Assembly: GCA_021372785.1 (NCBI GenBank)
Contig: JAJFTT010000009.1
Coordinates: 12,413 to 76,412 of the forward strand
Reading direction: 5' to 3'
DNA length: 64,000 bases
Origin: Negativicutes bacterium
GTDB taxonomy: Bacteria > Bacillota > JAAYKD01
Within the stretch, counting starts at the first letter, position 1; each line of letters opens with the position of its first letter. Below the pieces are notes generated by a model, which had not been told where the DNA came from, made no database searches, and saw only the letters and a program-made list of their open reading frames with translations. A program made the position numbers and the translations under genes. Below are positions 1 through 9,505 of this stretch, in pieces.

Positions 1-733
1 TTAATTCTCCAATTATCTTTATCTCCTCAGTAGAAATCTGAAAAGTTTTAATGATTGGAACAATTATCCCTTTAGCATTCTTAGCGAAACCAGGATATAC
101 AATGAAGTCTCCATCAATATCTATAAGCTTAGGACACAAATATGAGTCAGGATAATTATTGTCAACACGTAGGCCTTGATCATAATCTATTAGGGTGAGT
201 TCTTTTGTCTGGATATTTAACATATACACAGCCCAATCTGTACCTTTGGTTGGATTTGGTATTGTTCTTGCATTAGGGCATTCAGACCATACAACATAAG
301 GTTCTTGGTAAACACCATACTTTATCTCACGCTTCCGGTCCCCCATTACGTTTTCAAAAAGAACTTTCTTCTTACCTTCTTTTGGGATAGATACGAGATC
401 AAAAGTAGTTCCGTCTTCAATCATGATTAAATTACGATTCTTATCAAAGCCAAGGAAGGTTATTAAACCATTTTCAAAATCGAAATAAGCGGTCTCTCCC
501 AACACACCACTTTCTTCTAAAACATCTTCGATATTACCTTGTGGGATCTGATCATTTGTTAAGTATTCAACTTTTGTATCTAATGGAGTTGGCTCAGGAA
601 TACTATCAACAGTGATAGGAGGTTTACCGATATTCGTTTGATTCAAATCAGGAACATTTGTAGGAAGATTATTACAACTAGTAAGAACTAATGCAATTAG
701 AAAAAGCAACAATTTTAAAGATATTTTTTTCAT
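1..733 (-). CDS. Putative lipoprotein of unknown function. It is partial: the C-terminus runs off the window start.
   Basis: ATG at 733 on the - strand, preceded by an AGGAG-like ribosome-binding site. Translation begins MKKISLKLLLFLIALVLTSCNN, i.e. a signal peptide plus lipobox Cys. The reading frame stays open to position 1. The TAA at 1-3 is out of frame, which explains its absence from the ORF track. Very AT-rich. Confidence 0.5.
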   Translation of the reverse strand, partial: MKKISLKLLLFLIALVLTSCNNLPTNVPDLNQTNIGKPPITVDSIPEPTPLDTKVEYLTNDQIPQGNIEDVLEESGVLGETAYFDFENGLITFLGFDKNRNLIMIEDGTTFDLVSIPKEGKKKVLFENVMGDRKREIKYGVYQEPYVVWSECPNARTIPNPTKGTDWAVYMLNIQTKELTLIDYDQGLRVDNNYPDSYLCPKLIDIDGDFIVYPGFAKNAKGIIVPIIKTFQISTEEIKIIGEL

Positions 734-748
734 AAAATCTCCTAAAAT

Positions 749-1525
749 TTAGTAGACTAACCCTCTGTCATTCGTTAATATTGCCATACGCTGAAAAGAA
801 ATTTCTACATGTCTTGTAGGTAGAAACATATCTTCTGAAGGAATCGAATCATAATAATATAGTATACGAGCCGAAGGGTCAGTGCTATCAAATCCTTCTC
901 CAGCAACATAGTGACCTATTTCGGATTGAGAAAGACCTGTCCCCCCGTCATAATAAGCAAAATAGACTGATGAATTGGCAAGTTGATGACCATTAATAAC
1001 TACACCGTAATTTCCAAGCAAAGTCGTAATTGTTGCATTTGCAAACTCCATTGGCCATGAAGATAAAGTGCTTCCATACATGATAGCATAATTGAACCAA
1101 TTTCCGTTAACGCCATTATAAAGATTCAAAGCCGGGGCTATATTACCTAAATATGTGCCATCGATTGTTGTATACATATCTTCTTCTAAATCATCAAAAG
1201 ATACATAAATTTCGCGTCCAGCTAAAACAGCTTTTGCTGCTGCTGGACCACAATTAAATTCTTCATCTTGCTCTTGCCCCGGCAAATCTAAGTTTTTGTA
1301 CATATAGTCACCAGGATTGGTCCTTAATACTACATCATTACCATAACCAGGTAAATAATCCGATAACGTAGTATCTGGATAAAACTTTCCTAACAAACTA
1401 TCTAATTTTTCAATTTCCTTTGCGTTTACACTATTTGTATCCTTAAAGTATTTTTCGCGTATCAACATTATTTCTTTACATGCTTTGGCTTTTTCTTTCG
1501 AATAATTGATTTCCTGTGCTGTCAA
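749..1525 (-). CDS. Secreted papain-like cysteine peptidase of the C39-like (YvpB / Peptidase_C39_2) family. The N-terminus probably extends to an ATG at 1660 but is interrupted by an in-frame TGA at 1646-1648.
   Basis: NCGPAAAKAVLAG matches a catalytic-Cys motif. GHYVAGEGFD is His-motif-like, typical of C39-like domains. Upstream and in frame, YLTFILVVSFLLNGIAYA-NE is a classic signal peptide, preceded by ATG-AAT-AGA-ATA-TGA with an AGGAGA ribosome-binding site. The ORF-track start at 1525 is a TTG. Confidence 0.55.
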   Translation of the reverse strand: MTAQEINYSKEKAKACKEIMLIREKYFKDTNSVNAKEIEKLDSLLGKFYPDTTLSDYLPGYGNDVVLRTNPGDYMYKNLDLPGQEQDEEFNCGPAAAKAVLAGREIYVSFDDLEEDMYTTIDGTYLGNIAPALNLYNGVNGNWFNYAIMYGSTLSSWPMEFANATITTLLGNYGVVINGHQLANSSVYFAYYDGGTGLSQSEIGHYVAGEGFDSTDPSARILYYYDSIPSEDMFLPTRHVEISFQRMAILTNDRGLVY

Positions 1526-2600
1526 TTCCCTACCTATTCCATTTTGATCTCCTATTATTTGTCTAGCTTGATTAATTTTAATCTCATTTGCATAGGCAAT
1601 ACCATTTAATAAGAAAGAAACAACGAGTATGAAGGTTAAATATTTTCATATTCTATTCATTTTTTCTCCTTTATTATTTGTTTAAATAGTGATAATGGCT
1701 TCCTCGCTTCAGAATGATAAATATCTACAAATCCTCCTCTCATATAAGTTATCAAAAATACTGGTTTATTCAAACATTACAACATTCCAAGTGCTTTGGA
1801 TAAATCGAATGTCATTGATTGCTTTTTATCTTCAAGCAGTAGATTGAGAGTGTGTGAAATTCCGGAAATGTAAAAGATATCTATCTTGTTCTGGATGTTG
1901 AACCGCCAACCCTGTCATGAGTCTTTAGCAATCTATGCTATAGAGGATTTAGAAACTATTTATCACTATATGAATTTTATCATATTATATACGAATGTCA
2001 ATATTAAATTAAATTCGAAAATAATATATTCTATGTGGAAATATTATGAAATTAAATAGAAAAATAATATTAAAGCATGCTTTAATTTTTTTACTTTCAT
2101 TTATTGGGCAAATAGAGGAAAAGAATTACTGGAAATTTAGATAACAGATACAATTTTTGTTGATAATTCAATGTAAATTACACAATATTTCAATAATAAC
2201 AGAATTGATCTGAAATCATGATTTTGCAGTAGGTTGAAGATGGATGTTATTTTTGATCTGCTGCAAACAATGAGAAAATTAATTGGCTTTTTTGACGGAA
2301 TCAAGTGCTTAACAAAGCAACATAAAGAGTCAAATAATTTAATTGAGTGAAGACAGAGCGGGTTTATATGCTAATCGAAATGTTGAACCCGGGTGGTAAA
2401 TTTTAGATTGAAAAATACAGTAAGCTATAATAAGATTTTCATGATGCCCTGGCTTATATTGGCTTGCTATATTAGGCGGCTGTAATCCGTAAGTCGCACG
2501 ATCCAACAAGAGCTTCCTAAAAACTATTTCAATAGTCTGTTAATAGTTGATAATTCTAAACTAAAAAGATAATACACCAATTGGTTGTACAATATAATGA

Positions 2601-2650
2601 GAGGTAGGCTACCCAAAGAATGGATAGCCGACCTCCTGAATAGTTTTTAC
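2601..2650. terminator. Hairpin plus T-run. Putative terminator downstream of the rubredoxin gene (bidirectional character).
   Basis: gaggtaggcta...tagccgacctc forms an 11-bp stem with one mismatch and a 13-nt loop. On the + strand it is followed by tgaatagttttta. On the - strand a U-rich tract follows. Confidence 0.35.
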
Positions 2651-2717
2651 TCGAACAATGCAAAGCAGTTATGTGCTTCCGATCTTTGGAATAGAGCATT
2701 TGCTGTTTCAGATAGAA

Positions 2718-3347
2718 CTAAACTTTGACAAACATGTTTTTGCCTACACCGCAGACAGGGCAAGTATAGTCATCCGGTAACTCTTCAAAGGGGATTGTAC
2801 CATCATACTCGTAATGGCAGACACTGCAGACCCACTTTGCCGGCAGCTTGACCGGTTCTGCCGGTTTACTCTGCTTGCCGCTTTTGAGAATCCGGTAATC
2901 GGCATAAGTCATGGGAGGGACATCTTTGATATTGCGCGCTGCTGTGACATCAAAGAGGAATAGAGTATGAGTACCTAAATCGAGCGTCTCTACGACGGTT
3001 CCTTCATAGACCGCACAGACACCTTCCGTCAGGTAGGGGCAACCGTTGGCATCTGTCTCGTGCGGGTAGTTGCTGAGTTTATCCACAGTATGCCCGCTCT
3101 GCATACCAAACCAATTGAACACATCGAGCTTCGCTTCCTGGGAGAGTACGGAAACAGATAATTTGCCGGTTTTGATCAGCAATTCGTGGGTGAAATGTGT
3201 TTTAGTCGCGGTTGCGACACAACGCAGCGGATCGCTGGTGACTTGCATTATTGTATTCGTGATACAGGCATTTTGCCGGCCGCCGTCGGCTGCTCCAATC
3301 AGAAACAACCCGTAAGTCAATTTAAATAGAGCAGAGGTTTCCATCAT
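2718..3347 (-). CDS. hrb: High-molecular-weight rubredoxin: an NAD(P)H-flavin reductase-like domain fused to a C-terminal rubredoxin.
   Basis: N-terminal flavin-reductase-like domain. C-terminus reads [11 protein letters not shown]...CPVCGVGK, two CxxC pairs typical of rubredoxin. 209 aa. Confidence 0.65.
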   Translation of the reverse strand: MMETSALFKLTYGLFLIGAADGGRQNACITNTIMQVTSDPLRCVATATKTHFTHELLIKTGKLSVSVLSQEAKLDVFNWFGMQSGHTVDKLSNYPHETDANGCPYLTEGVCAVYEGTVVETLDLGTHTLFLFDVTAARNIKDVPPMTYADYRILKSGKQSKPAEPVKLPAKWVCSVCHYEYDGTIPFEELPDDYTCPVCGVGKNMFVKV

Positions 3348-3575
3348 CTGATCGCTTCCCTTTCTTTGTCTGAATTTGAATGAGCTTACTCTGTTAATGT
3401 TCGGTCAAATAGGGAGAATTCCTTCTTCTTGCCTGGCATTATCCATTTTGCTGCCGCTGCTGCAGCAGGATTTCCAGCGAAAACAGCGAAATAAACAAGC
3501 GATACAAAACGAGAAGCATTGTGGTTTCGGAGATTTACACGTTTTTTATTTTATTTCAATCAGCGAGGTAATGGC

Positions 3576-4451
3576 ATGGAAGGTCTGGTTTTTGATGTTC
3601 GTCGCTATTCAACACAGGACGGTCCCGGGATTCGGACCACTGTTTTTTTCAAAGGCTGTCCTTTGCGCTGCCAGTGGTGTCACAATCCGGAGAGTCAATC
3701 GTTTGCGGCAGAGTTGATGCGCCAGCCTGAGCTATGTATCAGCTGTGGGCGCTGCCTGACGGTTTGTCCTGTCAGTTTAGGTGAAACGGATACCTGCCAG
3801 CAGTGCGGCGCCTGTGCAGAAATTTGCCCGGCGCAGGGACGTGTGATGGCAGGTTCGATCCAAACAACAAGTGAAGTGATGCAAAAAATCCGCCGTGATC
3901 TCTTATTCTACGATCAATCCGGCGGCGGTGTGACGTTTTCCGGCGGAGAGCCGCTCTGTCAACCGGATTTTCTGCTGGAACTGCTGCAAACCTGCGGCAA
4001 AGAAGGCATTCACCGGGCAGTGGACACCAGTGGATTTGCGGCTTGGGAAGTGCTGCAGCCGATTGCTGCCGAAACCGATTTATTCCTCTATGATCTAAAA
4101 ATCATGGACAGCGAGCAGCATAAAAAATATACCGGGGTAGGGAACGCATTAATTCTGGCTAACCTGAAGAAACTGATCCGGTCTGGCCAGCATGGTATCA
4201 TCAGAATGCCATTGATTCCCGGCATTAATAACGCGGAAGAGAATTTGCAGGCAATGGGGAAATTCCTCGCTGCAACCGGCGGCAGTTGGCCGGTAAACCT
4301 GCTTCCCTTCCATCAAATGCAAAAGAGTAAGTATCAGAAATTAGGCCGCACCTACCAATTGAGCGAAACAGCCATCCCAACGGCAGCAGAGATACAAGCA
4401 GCCGTCCTTTTGCTGCGCAGTTTTGGTTTACAGGTGAGCAGTATCGTCTAG
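3576..4451 (+). CDS. Glycyl-radical enzyme activating enzyme (radical SAM, PflA family).
   Basis: CPLRCQWCHN is a CxxxCxxC radical-SAM motif. Additional Cys clusters (CISCGRC...CQQCGAC) are ferredoxin-like. Start chosen at MEGLVFDV with GAGGT ribosome-binding site; the ORF-track N-terminal extension is trimmed. Confidence 0.8.
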   Translation: MEGLVFDVRRYSTQDGPGIRTTVFFKGCPLRCQWCHNPESQSFAAELMRQPELCISCGRCLTVCPVSLGETDTCQQCGACAEICPAQGRVMAGSIQTTSEVMQKIRRDLLFYDQSGGGVTFSGGEPLCQPDFLLELLQTCGKEGIHRAVDTSGFAAWEVLQPIAAETDLFLYDLKIMDSEQHKKYTGVGNALILANLKKLIRSGQHGIIRMPLIPGINNAEENLQAMGKFLAATGGSWPVNLLPFHQMQKSKYQKLGRTYQLSETAIPTAAEIQAAVLLLRSFGLQVSSIV

Positions 4452-4512
4452 TCAACCCAAATTGGCGGTTAGACTACCATGAATGATCTAACAGAATGAA
4501 AAGAGGGATTTT

Positions 4513-6873
4513 TTGATGAATGAACGCATTGCACGCTTGCGTCAGCTCAGCCGCGAGGCACAGCCTGCTTTTTCAGCGGAGCGGGCGAAATTGGTGACTG
4601 ATTTTTATAAAGCGAATGACGGCAAGTATTCTGTCCCCGTAATGCGGGCGTTGAATTTTTATCATTTATGCGATCAAAAGACCATCTATTTTGGCGAAGA
4701 TGAGTTGATTGTCGGCGAACGGGGCGGCGCTCCCGCCGTCGTACCTTCTTTTCCGGAACTGACTTGTCATTCTCTGGAGGATTTGGATATTCTCAATTCC
4801 CGGGAAATGGCGAGTTATCGGGTCACAGCGCAGGACCGTCAGTTATATGAAGAAGAAATTATCCCATATTGGCGCGGCCGCAGCCTGCGAGACAAAGCAT
4901 TTGCCGAAATCGATACAACCTGGAAATCGCTGTATGAGGCTGGTTTATTCACCGAGTTTATGGAGCAAAGGGCGCCGGGTCATACGTCTTTGGACGGTAA
5001 AATCTATCAAAAAGGGATGCTGGATTTTATCCGCGCCATTGAGCTGGCGCAAAGTAAGCTGGATTGGCTGGAAGATCCGGAGGCTGGCAGTAAAAATGAA
5101 GAATGGAAAGCCATGATCATCAGCTGCCGGGCTGTGATCCGCTTTGCCGAACGGCATGCCGAACGGGCAGAAGCCATGGCGGCCGTTTGTCAGGATACCA
5201 AGCGGCAAGCGGAACTGCTGAAAATCGCGCAAGTCTGCCATCGGGTTCCGGCGGAGGCGCCGCGTGACTTTCAGGAAGCGCTGCAGATCTACTGGTTTGT
5301 GCATCTGGGCACCATTACAGAAATGAATGGTTGGGACGCGATGAGCCCGGGACACCTGGATCAGCATCTGACGCCGTTTTACGAAAAAGGAATTGCCGAA
5401 GGTTCTTTAACCAGAGAACAAGCCAAGGAATTGTTGGCGTGCCTCTGGATTAAATTCAACAATCACCCCGCTCCGCCGAAAGTGGGTGTGACTGCCCTGG
5501 AGAGCGGTACCTATAACGATTTTGTCAATATCAATATCGGGGGCCTGCATCGGGATGGCAGCGACGCGGTCAGCGAGGTTTCCTATCTGCTGCTGGAAGT
5601 CTTCGAGGAGCAGCATCTGCTGCAGCCGCAGTGCAACGTGCAGATCAGCGCCAAGACACCGGAACATTTCCTGAAGACGGCGGCGAAGATTATTCGCAAA
5701 GGCTACGGTTATCCTTCTATTTTTAACACGGATCAGGTTGTAATGGAACAGGTCAGAGCCGGTAAGAGTATCGAAGATGCCAGGGAAGGCGGCAATAGCG
5801 GCTGTATTGAAACCGGTTGTTTCGGCAAAGAAGCCTATCTGCTGACCGGTTATCTGAATGTGCCGAAAATTCTGGAATTAGTGTTGAACAACGGTGTCGA
5901 TCCCTTGACCGGTAAGACAATCGGTCTGAAAACCGGCGATCCAACACAGTTTTCTGATTTTGAAGCCCTGTATGCTGCTTTTGAACGGCAGCTGGAATTT
6001 GTTGTCAATACAAAGATCAAAGTGAATAATTATCTGGAATATCTCTACCGGCGTTTCGCGCCGGCGACGTTTCTTTCTGTTTTAATGGACGGCTGTATTG
6101 AAAGCGGACACGATTATTATGACGGCGGGCCGAAATATAACACAACCTATATTCAATGCTGCGGTATCGCTACCATTACAGATAGTCTGTCGGCACTGAA
6201 AAAGCATGTATTTGAAGAGAAAACGATTTCAATGGCACAGCTGCTGACGGCGTTAGCGCAGAACTTTGCCGAGCAAGAACCTCTGCGCCAATACCTGCTC
6301 AATAAAACTCCCTTCTTCGGTAATGATGAGGACGAGGCGGATTTGCTGATGCGGCGCGTTTTTGCTTCTCTTATTCAGAACATCGAAGGTCGCAGCAGCA
6401 CCAAAGGTGTTACTTATCATCTCAATATGCTTTCTACTACCTGCCATGTTTACTTCGGCAAAATGCTGGGAGCGACACCGAACGGTCGTCTTGCTCTGCT
6501 GCCGGAATCGGATGGTACTTCCCCCTCACAAGGTGCTGACCGCAACGGTCCGACCGCCGTTGTAAAATCCTTGGGTAAAATGGATCAGAGTCTGACCGGC
6601 GGAACTCTGCTCAACCAGCGCTTTCTGCCGTCGGCTTTGGCTGGCGAAGAGGGGATTACGAAATTGACGCAGCTGGTGCGCACTTATTTCCGCTTGGGCG
6701 GTCATCATATTCAGTTTAATGTGGTGGATACCGAAACGCTGCGCAAAGCGCAGGCGGCCCCTGCGGAATATCGTGATTTGTTGGTACGGGTGGCTGGTTA
6801 CAGCGATTACTTTGTCAACCTGGATAAGTTCCATCAGGAAGAGATCATTTCCCGCACCGCCCAGGAAATGTAA
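4513..6873 (+). CDS. Glycyl radical enzyme of the dehydratase/eliminase class (glycerol dehydratase / HypD / CutC-like fold). Substrate unknown.
   Basis: 786 aa. C-terminal glycyl-radical motif RVAGYSD. Active-site GCIETG (Cys-x-Glu, not the Cys-Cys of PFL). IIPYWRGRS, FTEFMEQRAPGH and WFVHLG blocks are typical of GD/HypD-type GREs. Immediately downstream of its activase. Confidence 0.8.
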   Translation: MMNERIARLRQLSREAQPAFSAERAKLVTDFYKANDGKYSVPVMRALNFYHLCDQKTIYFGEDELIVGERGGAPAVVPSFPELTCHSLEDLDILNSREMASYRVTAQDRQLYEEEIIPYWRGRSLRDKAFAEIDTTWKSLYEAGLFTEFMEQRAPGHTSLDGKIYQKGMLDFIRAIELAQSKLDWLEDPEAGSKNEEWKAMIISCRAVIRFAERHAERAEAMAAVCQDTKRQAELLKIAQVCHRVPAEAPRDFQEALQIYWFVHLGTITEMNGWDAMSPGHLDQHLTPFYEKGIAEGSLTREQAKELLACLWIKFNNHPAPPKVGVTALESGTYNDFVNINIGGLHRDGSDAVSEVSYLLLEVFEEQHLLQPQCNVQISAKTPEHFLKTAAKIIRKGYGYPSIFNTDQVVMEQVRAGKSIEDAREGGNSGCIETGCFGKEAYLLTGYLNVPKILELVLNNGVDPLTGKTIGLKTGDPTQFSDFEALYAAFERQLEFVVNTKIKVNNYLEYLYRRFAPATFLSVLMDGCIESGHDYYDGGPKYNTTYIQCCGIATITDSLSALKKHVFEEKTISMAQLLTALAQNFAEQEPLRQYLLNKTPFFGNDEDEADLLMRRVFASLIQNIEGRSSTKGVTYHLNMLSTTCHVYFGKMLGATPNGRLALLPESDGTSPSQGADRNGPTAVVKSLGKMDQSLTGGTLLNQRFLPSALAGEEGITKLTQLVRTYFRLGGHHIQFNVVDTETLRKAQAAPAEYRDLLVRVAGYSDYFVNLDKFHQEEIISRTAQEM

Positions 6874-7036
6874 GCAGGAGCCGTCGCCAATCACAAATAA
6901 AAAAACGGCAAACCTGCGGTTTTTTGCTAATGATACCGTTGAACAAGAAAAATATCCCTGCTGTTGCCGTGTGTTACAGGGCAGCAGCAGGAATATTTTG
7001 GCTAAAATTAGGTTTTCCAATTGCGAAGTGCCGTTT

Positions 7037-7921
7037 TTAGTTATATTTATAGGCGCGTATGATCAAATCGCTGCTCAGCATCAGTTCTTCCGAAGTTCGA
7101 ATGGTCAATTCGATGCTGCCAAGAGTCGATTCATTGAGTTTGTTGTTATGCACAAAGTCATATTGCATTTCTTCAATACTGACGGCTTCCAATGGCAGGT
7201 TGAGGTAAATATGTAAGGTATCATTCTGCGCCTGCAGCACAGCGAAATTGCGTAATCTGGCCCAGGCAATCGAATCCATTTGTATGCTGACATTCGCGTC
7301 ATTGCCCTGACTGTCAATCAAGCTGGTAAATTCTTGGTAGAGATGCTGCACGGGCAGGCTGGCGTTGGCCAAATAGCGGTCGAGTTGAGGTTGAAACGGA
7401 TTTTCCCGCCTGCTTGCTTCCGGCAGCGCAAGTCGTTCGATCAGCAATAAATTCTCACCATAAAAACAATAACAGATCAATTCCGTAGAGACTCTGGTGA
7501 GAGCGGCTGCGTTCAGTTCATATTTGGTATATTCATCGCTGATGCAGAAGAGACGCGGCTGTAACCATTGGATGCGATTGGCCGCTTCCTGACCCAGATG
7601 ATGCATGACCAACAGCTGAAATTCACTGTGGTGCGAATGCAGCCAAGCCATGGCGCTTAAGCCGCGATTGACGGTATCGGTTACATAAGGACGGCGGTAG
7701 TAGACGATGACAGGATGATCATTGGCGTCTAAGGCCAAAGTATCAATGGCTAAGGTATGGCTGTCGCTCATCTGGTAGTCGCCGGTGACGAGGCGTAAAC
7801 CAAACATCGTACTGATGTTCTGTTCAATCAGGTTTTTCTGCTCTTCGCTTAAGGCAATATCTTCCATGCGCAGCTCTTCCATTTTACTCTCATCGATCCA
7901 AAACAGTTTCACATTACCCAT
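7037..7921 (-). CDS. Hypothetical protein (orphan, 294 aa). Possible degenerate PD-(D/E)xK-like core.
   Basis: Clean ORF between convergent genes. LAIDTLALDANDHPVIVYYRRP resembles the hD...hhhExK strand-turn-strand of PD-(D/E)xK nucleases but has YYR in place of ExK. No other motif recognised. Confidence 0.4.
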   Translation of the reverse strand: MGNVKLFWIDESKMEELRMEDIALSEEQKNLIEQNISTMFGLRLVTGDYQMSDSHTLAIDTLALDANDHPVIVYYRRPYVTDTVNRGLSAMAWLHSHHSEFQLLVMHHLGQEAANRIQWLQPRLFCISDEYTKYELNAAALTRVSTELICYCFYGENLLLIERLALPEASRRENPFQPQLDRYLANASLPVQHLYQEFTSLIDSQGNDANVSIQMDSIAWARLRNFAVLQAQNDTLHIYLNLPLEAVSIEEMQYDFVHNNKLNESTLGSIELTIRTSEELMLSSDLIIRAYKYN

Positions 7922-8054
7922 TGATCTGCCATCTCCTTTTATTGTAGGGAAACCTATTTATCAGAATTCTATTTCGCCGGCGGTTTCTTTGGCTCCTTTA
8001 AGAAATCAACCCGTGCTGTTCGGAAAACCATGATTTTCATATTTTTTTTAATTA

Positions 8055-9305
8055 TTAAGTGAACAGGTTCAAAAGCAGTATGACCAGAGGCACGTTTACC
8101 AGATCTCCCATGAAGCCGCCTGCCATAGGAACGATGAAATTAGCCTGGTCGGCAGGACCGTGCCGGGAAGTAATGGCTTCCATGTTAGCCATCGCATTGG
8201 GGGTGGCGCCTAAGATATGACCGATCATACCGGAGCACATCACAAGCGCTTCATAGTTTTTGCCCATGACGGGGAAGGTAACAAAATAACAAAAGAGAAA
8301 GGTAAATAAAACCTGGCAGACGAGGATGACCAACAGAGGCAAAGCCAAGCTGGAGAGTTCCCAGAGCTGCAGCGACATGGCTGCCATGGTCAGGAAAACA
8401 GCCAGAAAGAGTTCACTGTATAAATTAAGAATGGCATGATTTAATTGAAATTTGCCGCTGAGTTTGATCAAATAGCCAATCAGCATGCCGACGATCATGG
8501 CGGCAACCGAGCTGGGAATGGTCAGTCCGGGGAAGAATTTTTGCAAAATCGGTACCGTAGCGGCGCTGACAGCCAGGACAAAGCTGATCAGCACTGTGTG
8601 CAGCAGAAAAGAATTGATGGTAATAAGCAGCACTTCGTCACCTGGTTGGCGATGTTCAGGCCGGACGGCTGCTTCCTCTTGTAAAGCGGCAGAAACGGTC
8701 TGCTTTTCTATCACATGATAATGCCTGTTGAGGAAACGGGCAAAGGGTCCGCCGGTAAAAGCGCCGGCAATTAAGCCGAAGGTGGCGGCAGCAATACCAA
8801 TTTCAGATGCGCCAACCATGCCCAACTCTTCAGCGGCGGGTCCGATGGAAGCGGCCAGACCGTAACCGCCTACCAGGGAGGCTGAACCGGTCAATACACC
8901 AAAAAACAGCGGCAAACGGAAGAGCGCTGCCAGAGTGACGCCGAGCAGATTTTGTCCGATGATGGTCAGGATGCAGAGCAGCCAATAAATCATTAACTTG
9001 CGTTCCAATTTGGCTTGTTTGCTGAAAGCCAAATTTAAGCCGATGCAGGCGAAGAAACCGCCCATCGCCGGAATTTGCACGCTGGTATCAAAACTGAGCG
9101 TGAAAAAATTGGTTCGGTAACCGATGAAATTGATGATTGCGAAAAGTACGCCTCCGATGACGGCCGCCGGAATATAAGAACGGCCGATGACCGGTAACCA
9201 TTGGGCTATTTTCTTGCCAAACAGAAAAAGCAGCATTGAGCTGCCAAGTGCAATCAGTGCGTCCAATTGCAGAGACCAATTGTTGCCATTCCAGAATAAT
9301 TCCAT
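8055..9305 (-). CDS. gltS: Sodium/glutamate symporter (GltS family).
   Basis: Start taken at MELFWNGNNWSLQLD (ATG at 9305). About 417 aa, multi-pass membrane protein with GltS-like repeats. An extended -10 (tgtgaTATAAT) lies upstream on the - strand near 9340-9352. The ORF-track N-terminal extension to 9623 is rejected. Confidence 0.7.
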   Translation of the reverse strand: MELFWNGNNWSLQLDALIALGSSMLLFLFGKKIAQWLPVIGRSYIPAAVIGGVLFAIINFIGYRTNFFTLSFDTSVQIPAMGGFFACIGLNLAFSKQAKLERKLMIYWLLCILTIIGQNLLGVTLAALFRLPLFFGVLTGSASLVGGYGLAASIGPAAEELGMVGASEIGIAAATFGLIAGAFTGGPFARFLNRHYHVIEKQTVSAALQEEAAVRPEHRQPGDEVLLITINSFLLHTVLISFVLAVSAATVPILQKFFPGLTIPSSVAAMIVGMLIGYLIKLSGKFQLNHAILNLYSELFLAVFLTMAAMSLQLWELSSLALPLLVILVCQVLFTFLFCYFVTFPVMGKNYEALVMCSGMIGHILGATPNAMANMEAITSRHGPADQANFIVPMAGGFMGDLVNVPLVILLLNLFT

Positions 9306-9505
9306 GCTTTTCCTCCCGGCATTCAAGATGCGATGCACCACCACGATTATATCACAGATTCCGTCGCATCGATCATGAAACCTTTTGAAAATTTCTCTTT
9401 CAGGATAAGGATAATTTCTGTCAAGCGGCGAATAGAGAAAGGCGGTCTGTTTTCCATCGCTGGATCCTGACAATCTGGATGCTGATGAATGATATAGGAG
9501 GCTGT

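Noticed and set aside
1646-1648. Reading the in-frame TGA as selenocysteine, or as evidence of a TGA=Trp genetic code
   Set aside because: It is a single occurrence at position 5 of a signal peptide, with no SECIS-like context. The rest of the window uses TGA as a normal stop. It is kept only as a pseudogene/error finding.
3070-3717. ORFs 3070..3315 (+) and 3376..3717 (+) in and around the hrb/GRE-activase divergent promoter
   Set aside because: The first is antisense within hrb. The second spans the intergenic promoter and the activase start in another frame. Neither has a ribosome-binding site or motif.
4847-6447. Antisense or alternate-frame ORFs inside the GRE gene (4847..5116 +, 4945..5367 -, 5407..5667 -, 5753..5947 -, 6253..6447 -, 6362..6565 +) and similar nested ORFs inside other confident genes
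   Set aside because: These are typical GC-rich shadow ORFs with no motifs and no ribosome-binding sites. They lie fully inside strongly supported CDSs.
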